The notes: a model not told the origin generated them from the letters alone. A stretch of 64,000 nucleotides of DNA from Candidatus Poribacteria bacterium (GCA_965198175.1 OZ240245.1:2912001-2976000); one strand, 5' to 3'. Shown: positions 50,667-60,730, counted from the first letter of the stretch. Numbers and translations: made by a program.

Positions 50667-50981
50667 ATGATAGTTGCAACATTGGACGAGGTTCGAGGAG
50701 AAATCCAAGAATGGATTGAAGAAGGCAAGCAGCTATTGCTTTATGGACACACTTTAGTAGGCACCATAAATAGCAGGTATAGCGCACTCCCACCCATCTC
50801 TAAGCACGATATGTCATTTGAACAGAATAATGCAGCCCGTAATTGGTCAAATCGTGCAAAACATCGTATTGGGGCGCTGTTGTTGACACCGTATCCACTT
50901 AATCATATTTCTGCCACTGACGATGTTGAGGAAAATGGTCAGAATATAAAGACCAACTTAAAGAAAGCATCAATAGCTTAG
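50667..50981 (+). CDS. hypothetical protein, 104 aa
   Basis: AAAGGAG RBS before ATG 50667; same strand and tight spacing in the cluster. Confidence 0.55.
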   Translation: MIVATLDEVRGEIQEWIEEGKQLLLYGHTLVGTINSRYSALPPISKHDMSFEQNNAARNWSNRAKHRIGALLLTPYPLNHISATDDVEENGQNIKTNLKKASIA

Positions 50982-51027
50982 AGAGATTGCTTGGTTTTCT
51001 CAATCCAAAGGAGATGGAGTTTTAACC

Positions 51028-51876
51028 GTGAAAGTTATCCTGAGCCGAAAAGGGTTTGACAGCAGTAATGGAAAGTATCCGAGCCCTATTTTGCCCGATG
51101 GTAAGATGCTTAGCTTACCAATTCCAATATCGGGAGACGTGCCCTATTGTGAGTTGGATGCGCCTGGAGGTAAGACTTACGAACAGGTCATTGAGGAACT
51201 TAAAGTCGATGCTCACATTGCAGGAAAAGGGGCTCACATGGATCCGGATTTGGTTCGAACTGCACGCGACCGTAGCCCCGGTTGGCGTCCAGCATTTGGA
51301 CAGAACGACAAAGCACAAAAACTATTATACAAATACAATGTTTCTGAGGGCGATCTATTCCTATTTTTTGGTTGGTTTCAGTATACCAAAAAGCTTAGCA
51401 ATCAACTGCGCTATCAACGTGGCAGTCCCAAAATCCATGCCATATTCGGCTACTTAGAAGTTGGTGAAATTTACCATGTCAACGAGGAGGCTGAACTCCC
51501 CAGTTGGTTGGATTATCATCCTCATGTGATAAGCCCTGATCGTGGCAAAATGAAAAATAACACAATTTATGTTGCCACGCCAAACCTAAGTTTTCACCCA
51601 AGTTACCCTGGTGGCGGTGTCTTTAAGTTTGATAAACAGCTTCAGCTAACGAAGAAAGGCGAAAGCAAAAGTCGCTGGGATCTTGATCCAGAGATATTTC
51701 AGCACCTGACATTTTCATGTGATGAAAACAAAAGGAAAGAAGATGTGTGGACAGGAGAATATTATCAGTCCCCCCAAACCTTTTGCCAAGAAATTGTCAT
51801 ACCTGCGGATGAGGATGAGGGCGTTACTCACTGGGCAATCAATCTCATCAAGGAGTCCCGCCTCTGGTCGGATTGA
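51028..51876 (+). CDS. Nmad3 (nucleotide-modification-associated domain 3) protein
   Basis: MKVILSRKGFDSSNG..PSPILPDGKMLSLPIP, HMDPDL, GDLFLFFGWF, HAIFGYLEV. Confidence 0.8.
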   Translation: MKVILSRKGFDSSNGKYPSPILPDGKMLSLPIPISGDVPYCELDAPGGKTYEQVIEELKVDAHIAGKGAHMDPDLVRTARDRSPGWRPAFGQNDKAQKLLYKYNVSEGDLFLFFGWFQYTKKLSNQLRYQRGSPKIHAIFGYLEVGEIYHVNEEAELPSWLDYHPHVISPDRGKMKNNTIYVATPNLSFHPSYPGGGVFKFDKQLQLTKKGESKSRWDLDPEIFQHLTFSCDENKRKEDVWTGEYYQSPQTFCQEIVIPADEDEGVTHWAINLIKESRLWSD

Positions 51877-52051
51877 CCGATCAGATCTACCCCTTGACAA
51901 GGGAGAGGGGCTACAGAACACTTAACTCTTACACTAAGGAAAACAGGATGCACAAGAATGAATTGGATTTCGGTTTTATTCTAATTCTTAGAGTATAAAC
52001 CTGTAGATAGATTTACGGTCTAGTTTCGCTAACAGAAAGGAGGTAGGCAAA

Positions 52052-52132
52052 TTGGATCCAGTTGTGGTCTGCTTTGACAGACCTGTGGAGGCTTCCCCTT
52101 GTCGGCAGATGGATTTATCTATCTTTACGTGA
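52052..52132 (+). CDS. candidate 26-aa small ORF (MDPVVVCFDRPVEASPCRQMDLSIFT)
   Basis: AAAGGAGGT at 52036-52044, 7 nt before TTG. Confidence 0.35.
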   Translation: MDPVVVCFDRPVEASPCRQMDLSIFT

Positions 52133-52169
52133 ATACTCTCTTAATTCTTTTAATAAATGAGCAAGGAAT

Positions 52170-53120
52170 ATGCCTGTCAACGCAGATAAGCCGCAGCTAT
52201 GGAAGAAAGATGTTGCCGCCTCAGTCGATTTATACAACAATTGGTTCATACGGTTCGCGCCTAAAACATATCAGGATGTTCGGAAAGAAACAACTGAACG
52301 TGTACAAGAAACGATTCAACTAACGAAAAATCTCACTATTCTAAGTCCCGAACTCTTAAAGGCAAACCCATCAGTTCTTCCAACCTTGCGGATGTGTACT
52401 GCTCCACCGATAGCAAGAGATCGATTAGTAGGATTGGCTTATGTGAGTAAACACTTGGTTCTTTCAATGGAGCAGGGGAAGATTCCACCCCGCATGAACG
52501 AAGAAAAACTAATTGAGGAGTTGTTGTCCATAGCCGAAATCTTGACTAAGCTGCTCGACTACGACATCCTCCCTTGGCTCGAAAGGAAAACGGCTCCTAC
52601 GGATTTGGAACAACATCGGGCGGCTACTATTGTGGCGGATCGGTTGTGTGGAACTGTTTCCGATCCGATTATCCGTAATGCCCAAGAACAAAGACAACTC
52701 GCCTTGATTGCGGCATATTTGAAGAAACGTAACTATACCGAGCAGCTCCACAAGCTCGGTCTTTCTTTCAGAGATCTGCCGCCCGGCACGTTTGCTTTTC
52801 GTTTGAATGTACTAGCTGGTAGAGATAGAACCGTCAATGTACCTGTTGATGTGGTCGCTCAGCCACATGGGCATCATTCAGGTGATTTGCCAATCTTGAT
52901 TGAAGCCAAATCCGCCGGCGATTTTACTAATACGAACAAGCGACGAAAAGAAGAGGCAACTAAAGTCAATCAGTTACGTGTGCGTTATGGAGAAGACCTC
53001 CAATTTATTCTGTTTCTCTGTGGATATTTTGATGCTGGCTACCTAGGCTACGAGGCAGCCGAGGGAATAGACTGGATTTGGGAACACCGAATTGAGGATA
53101 TGGAGTTACTTGGAATATGA
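52170..53120 (+). CDS. XamI-family Type II restriction endonuclease
   Basis: VNADKPQLWKKDVAASVDLYNNWF, DPIIRNAQE, LIEAKSAGDFTNTNKRRKEEA. Confidence 0.85.
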   Translation: MPVNADKPQLWKKDVAASVDLYNNWFIRFAPKTYQDVRKETTERVQETIQLTKNLTILSPELLKANPSVLPTLRMCTAPPIARDRLVGLAYVSKHLVLSMEQGKIPPRMNEEKLIEELLSIAEILTKLLDYDILPWLERKTAPTDLEQHRAATIVADRLCGTVSDPIIRNAQEQRQLALIAAYLKKRNYTEQLHKLGLSFRDLPPGTFAFRLNVLAGRDRTVNVPVDVVAQPHGHHSGDLPILIEAKSAGDFTNTNKRRKEEATKVNQLRVRYGEDLQFILFLCGYFDAGYLGYEAAEGIDWIWEHRIEDMELLGI

Positions 53121-54715
53121 AACTGAAAGCACTTCAACAGATCGAATCTGACCGACAGAACGCACAGACAAAGCTAGATAGTCTCAAAAGTGCCTCTGAA
53201 CGTAACAAAATGGGACAATACGCTACCCCTTTCCCTCTTGCACGCGAGATCGTTGAGTTTGTCAGAGATACATACTTTACTGAAACAGATAAGATTCGTT
53301 TCCTAGATCCGGCTGCGGGCACAGGGGCTTTTTTCTCGGCAATGCTTCATGCTTTCCCGAAAACGCGGATTGAAAACGCCATTGGAGTCGAACTTGACTC
53401 ACAAATTGCTTCAATCGCTGAAAATTTATGGACAGCATGGGGACTGGACGTAGTTAAAGCGGATTTTGCACAGTTACCCTTTCCAACTTCCCCCATGTTC
53501 AATTTGCATCTTGTCAATCCCCCTTATGTTCGACATCACTACCTCGATCCGGAGACAAAGCAGAATCTTCAAGTAAAAATCAAAGCCTCAGTCGGGCTCA
53601 ACCTGAACGGCCTGGCGGGTCTGTACTGCTATTTTCTTTTAATAGCCCATCGGTGGTTAGCTCAAGATGGGTTTGGCGTCTGGCTTATCCCTTCTGAGTT
53701 TATGGATGTTAAGTATGGAGAAATTGTCAAACGCTATTTAATTGAACAGGTTTCCTTGCGGCATATACATCGTTTTGATGCAGAAGCACTGCAATTTGAC
53801 GATGCCCTTGTTTCCTCAACTGTGCTAATTTTTCAAAAACGTAAGCCCGAACAAGAAGGTGAGGCGACTTTTTCTCTAGGCGGCACCCTGAAGGATCCGC
53901 GTATCTGTGCACACATTCGTCAACGGCAGCTAGCACAGGTAAGCAAGTGGACCTCGCTTCCGAGCAAATCAGTGCGGTATGCTGTGCGTGATGTCCATAA
54001 ATTTAACAAAACAACAACGATTGGGGACCTTTTTGAAATTCGTCGAGGACTAGCAACCGGTGCAAACCAGTTTTTTATTTTACGTCGTGATATTGCCAGA
54101 GATAAAGGTCTGCCCGAACAATTTCTACGGCCAATCTTGCCAAGTCCAAGATATCTGAATAATGAAAAAATATTCGCTGCTAGCGACGGTTTTCCACTCG
54201 TTCAGCCATCTTTGGTATTGTTAGATTGTGATTTAGGTGAAAGCGAAATCGAAGCCTACCCACCACTAAAGGCTTACCTTGATTGGGGCAAGTCACAAGG
54301 ATTTGCAGACCGATACATTACTAGTCATCGACGACCATGGTTCAAACAGGAAAATCGACCAGCGGCCCCTATTTTATGCAGTTATATGTCTCGCACCAAG
54401 TCAGGGGATTCTGGACTACGGTTCTTCCGAAACTATTCGCAGGCAACTAGCCCAAACGTATATCTGATGCTTTATCCGAATCAAGAGGTGCAGCAGGCTT
54501 GTAAAAACAACGTGGACCTCCTCGCTCAATTATTCAATTTGCTGAAGCAGGCTAAGGATGAATATCTGCTTTATGAAGGACGAACTTATGGGGGAGGGCT
54601 TAACAAAATTGAACCCAAAGAACTTGCACGAGTGCCGTTACCTGAAGATCCATTACTACAACGAATCTTCGCCACGTCCAAGCAACTTCTCCTACTTGAA
54701 AACAAGGCACCATGA
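53117..54715 (+). CDS. N6-adenine DNA methyltransferase (Eco57I-like gamma class), cognate of the endonuclease
   Basis: GQYATP, FLDPAAGTGAF, VNPPY, GRTYGGGLNKIEPKEL; ATGA overlap. Confidence 0.9.
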   Translation: MKLKALQQIESDRQNAQTKLDSLKSASERNKMGQYATPFPLAREIVEFVRDTYFTETDKIRFLDPAAGTGAFFSAMLHAFPKTRIENAIGVELDSQIASIAENLWTAWGLDVVKADFAQLPFPTSPMFNLHLVNPPYVRHHYLDPETKQNLQVKIKASVGLNLNGLAGLYCYFLLIAHRWLAQDGFGVWLIPSEFMDVKYGEIVKRYLIEQVSLRHIHRFDAEALQFDDALVSSTVLIFQKRKPEQEGEATFSLGGTLKDPRICAHIRQRQLAQVSKWTSLPSKSVRYAVRDVHKFNKTTTIGDLFEIRRGLATGANQFFILRRDIARDKGLPEQFLRPILPSPRYLNNEKIFAASDGFPLVQPSLVLLDCDLGESEIEAYPPLKAYLDWGKSQGFADRYITSHRRPWFKQENRPAAPILCSYMSRTKSGDSGLRFFRNYSQATSPNVYLMLYPNQEVQQACKNNVDLLAQLFNLLKQAKDEYLLYEGRTYGGGLNKIEPKELARVPLPEDPLLQRIFATSKQLLLLENKAP

Positions 54716-55632
54716 ATACATTAAAAGCTTACCTTGAACTCATTCGTTATCCCCTCTTCGCCATCCCGATTGTTGCGACGCTACCCGGTGCATTAATCGC
54801 CTCAGAGGGAGAGTGGAATTGGCGGGTCGGACTGACGTTGCTCATTGCGCTGCTCGGCTACTTCGCGGGAATGATGAAGAACGACTATTTCCACCGCGAT
54901 CAGGACTCTGTTGTGAATCCGAAACGCCCAATTCCGTCACACCGACTCACACCTCGGCAGGTATTGATTACCGCAAGCAGCGTTTACATCATCTGCGTCA
55001 TTTTGGGATTCACGCTTCACATCAAAGCCGGGCTTCTGGTGATTGCCCTTGTGATGATTTCCCATTCATACAACGCCATCTTCAAGGAACGTGGAATACT
55101 GGGAAGCATTAGCCTTCCCGTTGGCATTGGTCTGCTCAATGTTTTTGGTGCACTGGCTGTAAGCGGGGATGTGCCGCGCCTAGTCTGGTATGCGTTTGCT
55201 GCTACGACGCTCTACGATTGCGGCACACACATTACGACAACCTTCAAGGACATTGAACGTGACAAGAAAATTGGGATTACCACCACTCCCTTGCAATTGG
55301 GAAGCGAGCCCGCCCTTGTCCTTTCTGCTGTGGTAACAATCCTCGCCTTTGTTGTCGCTGCTTTGCCGTATTGGCTAGAAGGCGTTCGTTGGAATTATAC
55401 GTTGTGGATTGTTATTGCATTGATTGCAACAAGTATCACCCGTCTCCCGCTTTATCTGAATCCAAATGAGAAGAACGGCTATCTTGCCCTGCAGGGATCG
55501 ATGATTGGCGCAATCACGTTTTTCCCTTGCCTCATCGGTGTTCAGATTTCCTTCTGGGGCTCTGCTCTGGTAATCTTGCCCTTGCTATTGTTGACAATGA
55601 CATTGCTGAAAGCGAGCAAGCAGGAGGTCTGA
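54712..55632 (+). CDS. UbiA-family prenyltransferase
   Basis: NDYFHRDQD..NPKRPIPS, FKDIERDKKIG..TTP, multiple TM helices. Confidence 0.88.
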   Translation: MNTLKAYLELIRYPLFAIPIVATLPGALIASEGEWNWRVGLTLLIALLGYFAGMMKNDYFHRDQDSVVNPKRPIPSHRLTPRQVLITASSVYIICVILGFTLHIKAGLLVIALVMISHSYNAIFKERGILGSISLPVGIGLLNVFGALAVSGDVPRLVWYAFAATTLYDCGTHITTTFKDIERDKKIGITTTPLQLGSEPALVLSAVVTILAFVVAALPYWLEGVRWNYTLWIVIALIATSITRLPLYLNPNEKNGYLALQGSMIGAITFFPCLIGVQISFWGSALVILPLLLLTMTLLKASKQEV

Positions 55633-55739
55633 ATTCCCAACGGTGATTGCCCCAATCCATTTTACTTTATCTGGCAAGTCAGTTCCCTGCAATCCATCAA
55701 TTCCTTCACAGACGAAGAGATTTGACACACAACTGAACC

Positions 55740-57413
55740 ATGAAAATACTCGCCGAATCGGCTGTGCATCGAGGTTCAACCTATTTAATGAGGCAACAAA
55801 ACACAACAGGAAGTTTTGAGGGACAACTCTCCTCAAGCACCTTTCCGTCCTGTGCTTACGCCTGGGTAAAGCTTGCTCAAAATCAGTTGCCCGATCAAAT
55901 GTTAATTGATTGGTTCATAAGAAATCAGAATCAGGACGGTACTTGGGGGCTTGATGCTGCCAATCATCCGAACCGTGAAGCGACCTTATTTGTGAGACTC
56001 ATGCTAGGTCAGGTTGCAAAGCGGAGACCTGAACCGCGCATTGCGAAAGCCCTAAAACGAAGCCCTGACTATCCTTTAGCACTTGCCTTAATTAAATTGG
56101 CTTACGCAGCTTTCGGCGAACATAATTGGGATAAGCTGACCATTCCAAGGCGCATGCTACCCGTGATGTCGCTGACAAAACAGTTGCTGACCAGATTCCC
56201 CACTCTGCAATCGCTCCTTAAACCCCCTACCAACGTTCTCCCTCCTGTCGATCTCTTTAACGCGCCAATGTTTGGGAACTTGTTCATTGCAGAGCAATAT
56301 ACGCTCGTCGCTGTTTTCATCATGATTGAACTGAATACAACCCGACGTCCACAAGTCATCAAATCGCTCGTCAATTGGCTCAAGGAACACATGCTTCCTG
56401 ATAACAGCTGGTTTCGGGTAAACTTCATCACAGCGCTATCGATATTAGCCCTTATTGAACTTCAGAAGGTACAGGGCATGGACGAAGACGTTCAAGCCAT
56501 AATTGATCGAGGAATTGCGTGGCTTCAATCCACGCGAAATTCGGATGGGGGGTGTCGTGAGGCTTTGAACCTTAACGTATGGGATACCGCCCTAAGCGTA
56601 ATCTCGCTTCTAGAAATTGCCGATTTCGACAGGAATAATGTGATTCAATGTGCATGCAGATGGTTGATTGAAAATCAGAATCCAGATGGCGGTTGGGCAT
56701 TTTCTAGGATGGGAGCAAAAGAGAACCTTCCGAGCGATGCAGACGACACAGCTTTAGCCACACTCGCGTTAATCAGATCGAAAACGCCGTCTGCAGCCGA
56801 GGCAATTCAGCGTGGATTAAATTGGCTAAAGGTACGCCAAAGACGCGATGGAAGTTGGAGCACGTATCTCCCCGGTCAGGGTGATGTCGGTTGCGTGAGC
56901 ATCACGGCACACGCAATTGAAACGTTGCACGAAGCAAGTGGTATGGAAGCACACATTTCCCGGGCAACCCATTGGATTAGAGGTCAAATCGCATCCGAGG
57001 GATATTGGACGGATTTATGGTTAGCCAAACGAACTTATGGGACAGCTTGCGCGATTATAGCCTTAATCAAGACAAAGCTGAAGGAAGCGCCAGAAGTTTC
57101 ACAGGGGGTGCGCTGGCTTGAATCCGTGCAAAACAGCGACGGCGGGTGGGGAGAAGACATGTTCGGCAACCGGAAGAATAGCACCATCGAACAAACGGCG
57201 TGGTGCACTCACGCTCTCCTACTTGCCAACCCTGAAAATCGCGCCGCTCAAAACGGATTGAAGCTTCTCCTCAGTAGCCAAAAAGCAGATGGTTCCTGGG
57301 ATGCGAGCTGTGTGGGTATCTACTGGGAGGTCATCGGCGGCTATGCTGATTCAATTTACCCTTCGGTTTTTCCGCTGCTTGCACTGAATCAATATCTGAA
57401 AGGGACAAAGTAG
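55740..57413 (+). CDS. class II terpene cyclase (squalene-hopene cyclase-like, QW repeats)
   Basis: QNQDGTW, QNPDGGW, QRRDGSW, QNSDGGWGE, QKADGSW; VWDTAL; catalytic DxDD in SDADDT. Confidence 0.85.
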   Translation: MKILAESAVHRGSTYLMRQQNTTGSFEGQLSSSTFPSCAYAWVKLAQNQLPDQMLIDWFIRNQNQDGTWGLDAANHPNREATLFVRLMLGQVAKRRPEPRIAKALKRSPDYPLALALIKLAYAAFGEHNWDKLTIPRRMLPVMSLTKQLLTRFPTLQSLLKPPTNVLPPVDLFNAPMFGNLFIAEQYTLVAVFIMIELNTTRRPQVIKSLVNWLKEHMLPDNSWFRVNFITALSILALIELQKVQGMDEDVQAIIDRGIAWLQSTRNSDGGCREALNLNVWDTALSVISLLEIADFDRNNVIQCACRWLIENQNPDGGWAFSRMGAKENLPSDADDTALATLALIRSKTPSAAEAIQRGLNWLKVRQRRDGSWSTYLPGQGDVGCVSITAHAIETLHEASGMEAHISRATHWIRGQIASEGYWTDLWLAKRTYGTACAIIALIKTKLKEAPEVSQGVRWLESVQNSDGGWGEDMFGNRKNSTIEQTAWCTHALLLANPENRAAQNGLKLLLSSQKADGSWDASCVGIYWEVIGGYADSIYPSVFPLLALNQYLKGTK

Positions 57414-57477
57414 GTATTATTTGCGTATGCTGCTTAGATACCAGTTTCCAACGGCTAACTACCACATGTCTGACTAA

Positions 57478-58149
57478 ATGATCTCTGTTATCATTCCCAT
57501 TCTCAACGAAGCTAAAATCTTAGATCGATCGCTCTCTCAACTCAAACAGCAACTGCAGAGACACGAGCTAATTATCGTCGATGGTGGTAGCATAGATGAC
57601 AGCCCGTTAATTGCGAAAAAGTACGGACAAGTAATATCTTCTCCCCAAGGTAGAGCCAGTCAGATGAATGCCGGTGCTGCCGCCTCAACAGGAGATATAC
57701 TGCTTTTCTTGCATGCTGACGTTTGGCTAGATTCCGGTGCAATCAAAGGAGTCGAAGCGGCAATCGCGGCAGGATATGTCGGAGGTGGATTCAAACAACG
57801 CATTGAAGGCGGGCATTTTCCATACCGCCTGATTGAGCGAGGCGCAAACTTTAGAGCACGGCGTCTTCAGGTATTTTTCGGCGACGGTGGGATTTTCATA
57901 CATCGGCATCACTTTTATCAGATTGGGGGCTTCCCCGATGTTCCAATCCTGGAGGAGATGGAATTTTCTCGAAAGCTCCGTTACCTTGGTAAAACGACAC
58001 TTGTTGAGCCAGGCATTCATATCTCTTCCCGTCGCTGGAAGAAGAATGGGATTTTACTTACAACAGCCATCAATTGGTTAATCACCGCACTTTACTCGTT
58101 AGGTGTTTCCCCGTTCCGACTCGCAAGATTATATCGTCAGATCCGGTAA
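57478..58149 (+). CDS. GT2 glycosyltransferase (TIGR04283-like)
   Basis: ISVIIPILNE, VDGGS, GRASQMNAGA, LFLHAD, ISSRRW. Confidence 0.85.
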   Translation: MISVIIPILNEAKILDRSLSQLKQQLQRHELIIVDGGSIDDSPLIAKKYGQVISSPQGRASQMNAGAAASTGDILLFLHADVWLDSGAIKGVEAAIAAGYVGGGFKQRIEGGHFPYRLIERGANFRARRLQVFFGDGGIFIHRHHFYQIGGFPDVPILEEMEFSRKLRYLGKTTLVEPGIHISSRRWKKNGILLTTAINWLITALYSLGVSPFRLARLYRQIR

Positions 58150-58333
58150 TGGCACAAAATTGCGTATCTCCTTAAGTTACGAGGGCAACATCGTCAGCTT
58201 CGACTGTGTGGCACCACATCCAAAACGGTATACGCATTTAGGGGATTCCCTAAGAAAATCTAAAAAGACACACTGGAATTGAAATTCTCTCATTGTCCTT
58301 CTACGGTTACGTGAAAGCATTACGTTCTCATCT

Positions 58334-58909
58334 CTACTTCCGGTAGATTGTCACCTCCATGGCGTCCCGATCGACCCAAGGCAAATCTATCTCAAACCAG
58401 TGGGTCTGACTTTCGTAACGAGAACGAACAAGATTTAGGTAATCCGCCATCTCTGACGCACCTATCCCTACGTTATCCGCAACCACCGTCGCTCCATTGA
58501 GGAGACGCGATTCGATTGCCTGAAAAGACGAAAAATAGGCGCCGAAGCTGTTGTCTAGCAGCAGAAAATCAATGGGGTCATCAATGACTTTCAGGACCTT
58601 TGCCGCATCCCCAATTCGCGAATCAACTCGTTCACTTAGACCAGCACGTGCAAAGTTTTCTTGAGCCTCATGGGCGCGATCGGCATCAATCTCAATTGTG
58701 ATTAACCTGCCCTTACCTATCGTGTGCAATCTCGACGCTATCCACAGCCCGGAATAGCCGATTGCGGTTCCGCACTCGACAATCAATGGCGGTTCTACCT
58801 TTTCAATGAGATCGGCGAGAAATTTAGCCTTTTCGCGTCCGAGCATCGGGATACGTCGCTCTCGGCAACGACTATCTACTTCTTGCAACACCTGATCGAA
58901 TAGGGTCAT
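58334..58909 (-). CDS. SAM-dependent O-methyltransferase
   Basis: VECGTAIGYSGLW, ITIEID, GDA, VVADNV; start at MTLFDQ (58909). Confidence 0.85.
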   Translation of the reverse strand: MTLFDQVLQEVDSRCRERRIPMLGREKAKFLADLIEKVEPPLIVECGTAIGYSGLWIASRLHTIGKGRLITIEIDADRAHEAQENFARAGLSERVDSRIGDAAKVLKVIDDPIDFLLLDNSFGAYFSSFQAIESRLLNGATVVADNVGIGASEMADYLNLVRSRYESQTHWFEIDLPWVDRDAMEVTIYRK

Positions 58910-59169
58910 CGGTTTGTCCTTTCCTTGTTTGGCTGACATATAGAAGGATGATAACATAGAATCACAGATTTTGCATGTGGAAAATGACTCGTGCGAGTCC
59001 ATTGCATCGCGCTTCACAATATAACTAACACCCTTCACGTTTTTATTCACGGGAGGGGTTATACTCTCTGCAACAGGATTTGAAGACGAGATTAAGGATT
59101 TTGCAGACGCGAAGCAAAAATGGGATTCACAGATGGACGCTAAACGCCCAAGACTTGTACCTTTTTGGC

Positions 59170-59198
59170 TTGACGATCTAAGTGGGGTTGTGTAGAAT
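59170..59198 (+). promoter_or_regulatory. sigma70-type promoter
   Basis: TTGACG-17 nt-TAGAAT. Confidence 0.6.
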
Positions 59199-59204
59199 AT
59201 TAGC

Positions 59205-59621
59205 GTGAAAGGGGTAAGAGAAGTGACTGTCCGATTCCTTATGTTCTTTCTGATTACCATTTCCCTTCTGGCATTGGGATGTTCCCCGCTACAACATCAC
59301 GCTACGATTGACCAATACAATCAATTTGCAATAGAAGCGGCTGAACTGCAATTATGGAACGAAGCCGTTTTTCGATGGGAACGCGTTCTTGAAATTGACC
59401 CGCAGTACGCTCAAGCACACAATAATCTAGGGGTTTCCTACGAAGCGTTGGGAAAATCTGATGAAGCGATTGATGCGTATAAACGGGCGACGGAATTAGA
59501 TCCAACCAACAGGTTTTTCCGCTTCAACTACAGAAAATGTCGTCTCCATGTTCAACGCAATGCCAGAAAACAACCTGATGAAGAGGATGATGAAATTAAA
59601 GAAGAGGAAGCCCCAGGTTAA
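59205..59621 (+). CDS. TPR lipoprotein (start uncertain)
   Basis: Lipobox LALGC; AQAHNNLGVSYEALG...AYKRATELDP. Confidence 0.8.
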   Translation: MKGVREVTVRFLMFFLITISLLALGCSPLQHHATIDQYNQFAIEAAELQLWNEAVFRWERVLEIDPQYAQAHNNLGVSYEALGKSDEAIDAYKRATELDPTNRFFRFNYRKCRLHVQRNARKQPDEEDDEIKEEEAPG

Positions 59622-59824
59622 ACTTGAATCGTTGTCTCTATCTTGTCGTGGTTTGCCAAATATCAGCGCTAGCGAGCGTCAAGAATAAGTCACGCAGCCA
59701 AATTATACAGCGTATGCCGAATTCACAGCGATGCAAACCGCCCAATCTGAAGGCTTAAAAAGATGGACTCTATAAAGTGGTCCCCATTGTCTAGACCAAA
59801 ACTAGCAAGAACCAAGTTAGCTAT

Positions 59825-60730
59825 TTGCGGTTAAGGTTTAGTATTGTCATCGAAGTAAACCTCTGCTGGAGTAGCATAATCCAGACTCTGATGTGGACTC
59901 GCAAACATATTTCCAGCTTATCGGAGAAATTTGAAAACTTCAACTTAAGCACGTTTCCCACAAATGTATTGATAATCGTAGTTTCGCTTTTCCGTCTAAG
60001 GTCAGGTGGAGGCAAATGGGGAGCCAGACTGCTGATAGTTGTAATGTGGATCAGTGTATCCTGTGGCTGTGGTCGTTCGGTTACGCGGGTCTCAATTCCT
60101 ATCAAGGTACAATCAGAAATAAATGTGAGTCAGTATTCGAGCTTTGTGGTCTTGCCGTTCTTTGATGAACAACCGGAAGAGGTGACGAAGTCTGCTGCAA
60201 AAGAGACAGAAGAGGAGATTGCGTCTCTGATGCGACGCAGACTTGGACAGCATAAAAATCTGCACATCCTCGGCACGCAGGAGACATTGCGAATGCTGGA
60301 TGGCGAACCGATAGACCTCAATCTGTTAGAGGATCCGAGTCAGCTTTTTCACTTTGGGGAACTTTTCGAGGTCGATGCAGTCGTTGTAGGGAGCTATAAA
60401 TTTTATACCGTGAGCAGGTCGAGACGCTACTACGGAGAACGCTACTCAAGGTCGATGCAACGCTATGTGACCGATTATCAGGATTACCTACAGAAAAACT
60501 ATATTTTCTCATTGAGAGTAGTTATCGCCGATGCAGAATCTGAAGAAGTTGTATGGGATGAGAAATACGAACGTACCGCGGCTGAAGCGCACACGCTCGG
60601 TTCCTTCCTTGTCTCACAAGCTACCCCGGATGATAGCACGCTAAAAAATCTGGCAAAACAAGCAATCACCGAGTTCACACGTCAAATCGCGCCCCATTAT
60701 GAAACAGAAGAAAGATTCTTGGTGAGATGA
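59825..60730 (+). CDS. putative lipoprotein, CsgG/TolB-N-like fold (true start probably downstream)
   Basis: VVLPF...GELFEVDAVVVGS...LRVVIADAESEEVVW; abuts the Omp85 gene. Confidence 0.55.
   Translation: MRLRFSIVIEVNLCWSSIIQTLMWTRKHISSLSEKFENFNLSTFPTNVLIIVVSLFRLRSGGGKWGARLLIVVMWISVSCGCGRSVTRVSIPIKVQSEINVSQYSSFVVLPFFDEQPEEVTKSAAKETEEEIASLMRRRLGQHKNLHILGTQETLRMLDGEPIDLNLLEDPSQLFHFGELFEVDAVVVGSYKFYTVSRSRRYYGERYSRSMQRYVTDYQDYLQKNYIFSLRVVIADAESEEVVWDEKYERTAAEAHTLGSFLVSQATPDDSTLKNLAKQAITEFTRQIAPHYETEERFLVR

Noticed and set aside
52170..53120. Assigning GTCGAC specificity and site avoidance
   Set aside because: Family membership does not fix specificity, and GTCGAC occurs in the window (for example 5053, 9994, 47912); methylome data are needed
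58910..59260. 117-aa N-terminal extension of the O-methyltransferase in the ORF track
   Set aside because: Overlaps the divergent promoter and TPR gene start; the recognisable domain begins at MTLFDQ
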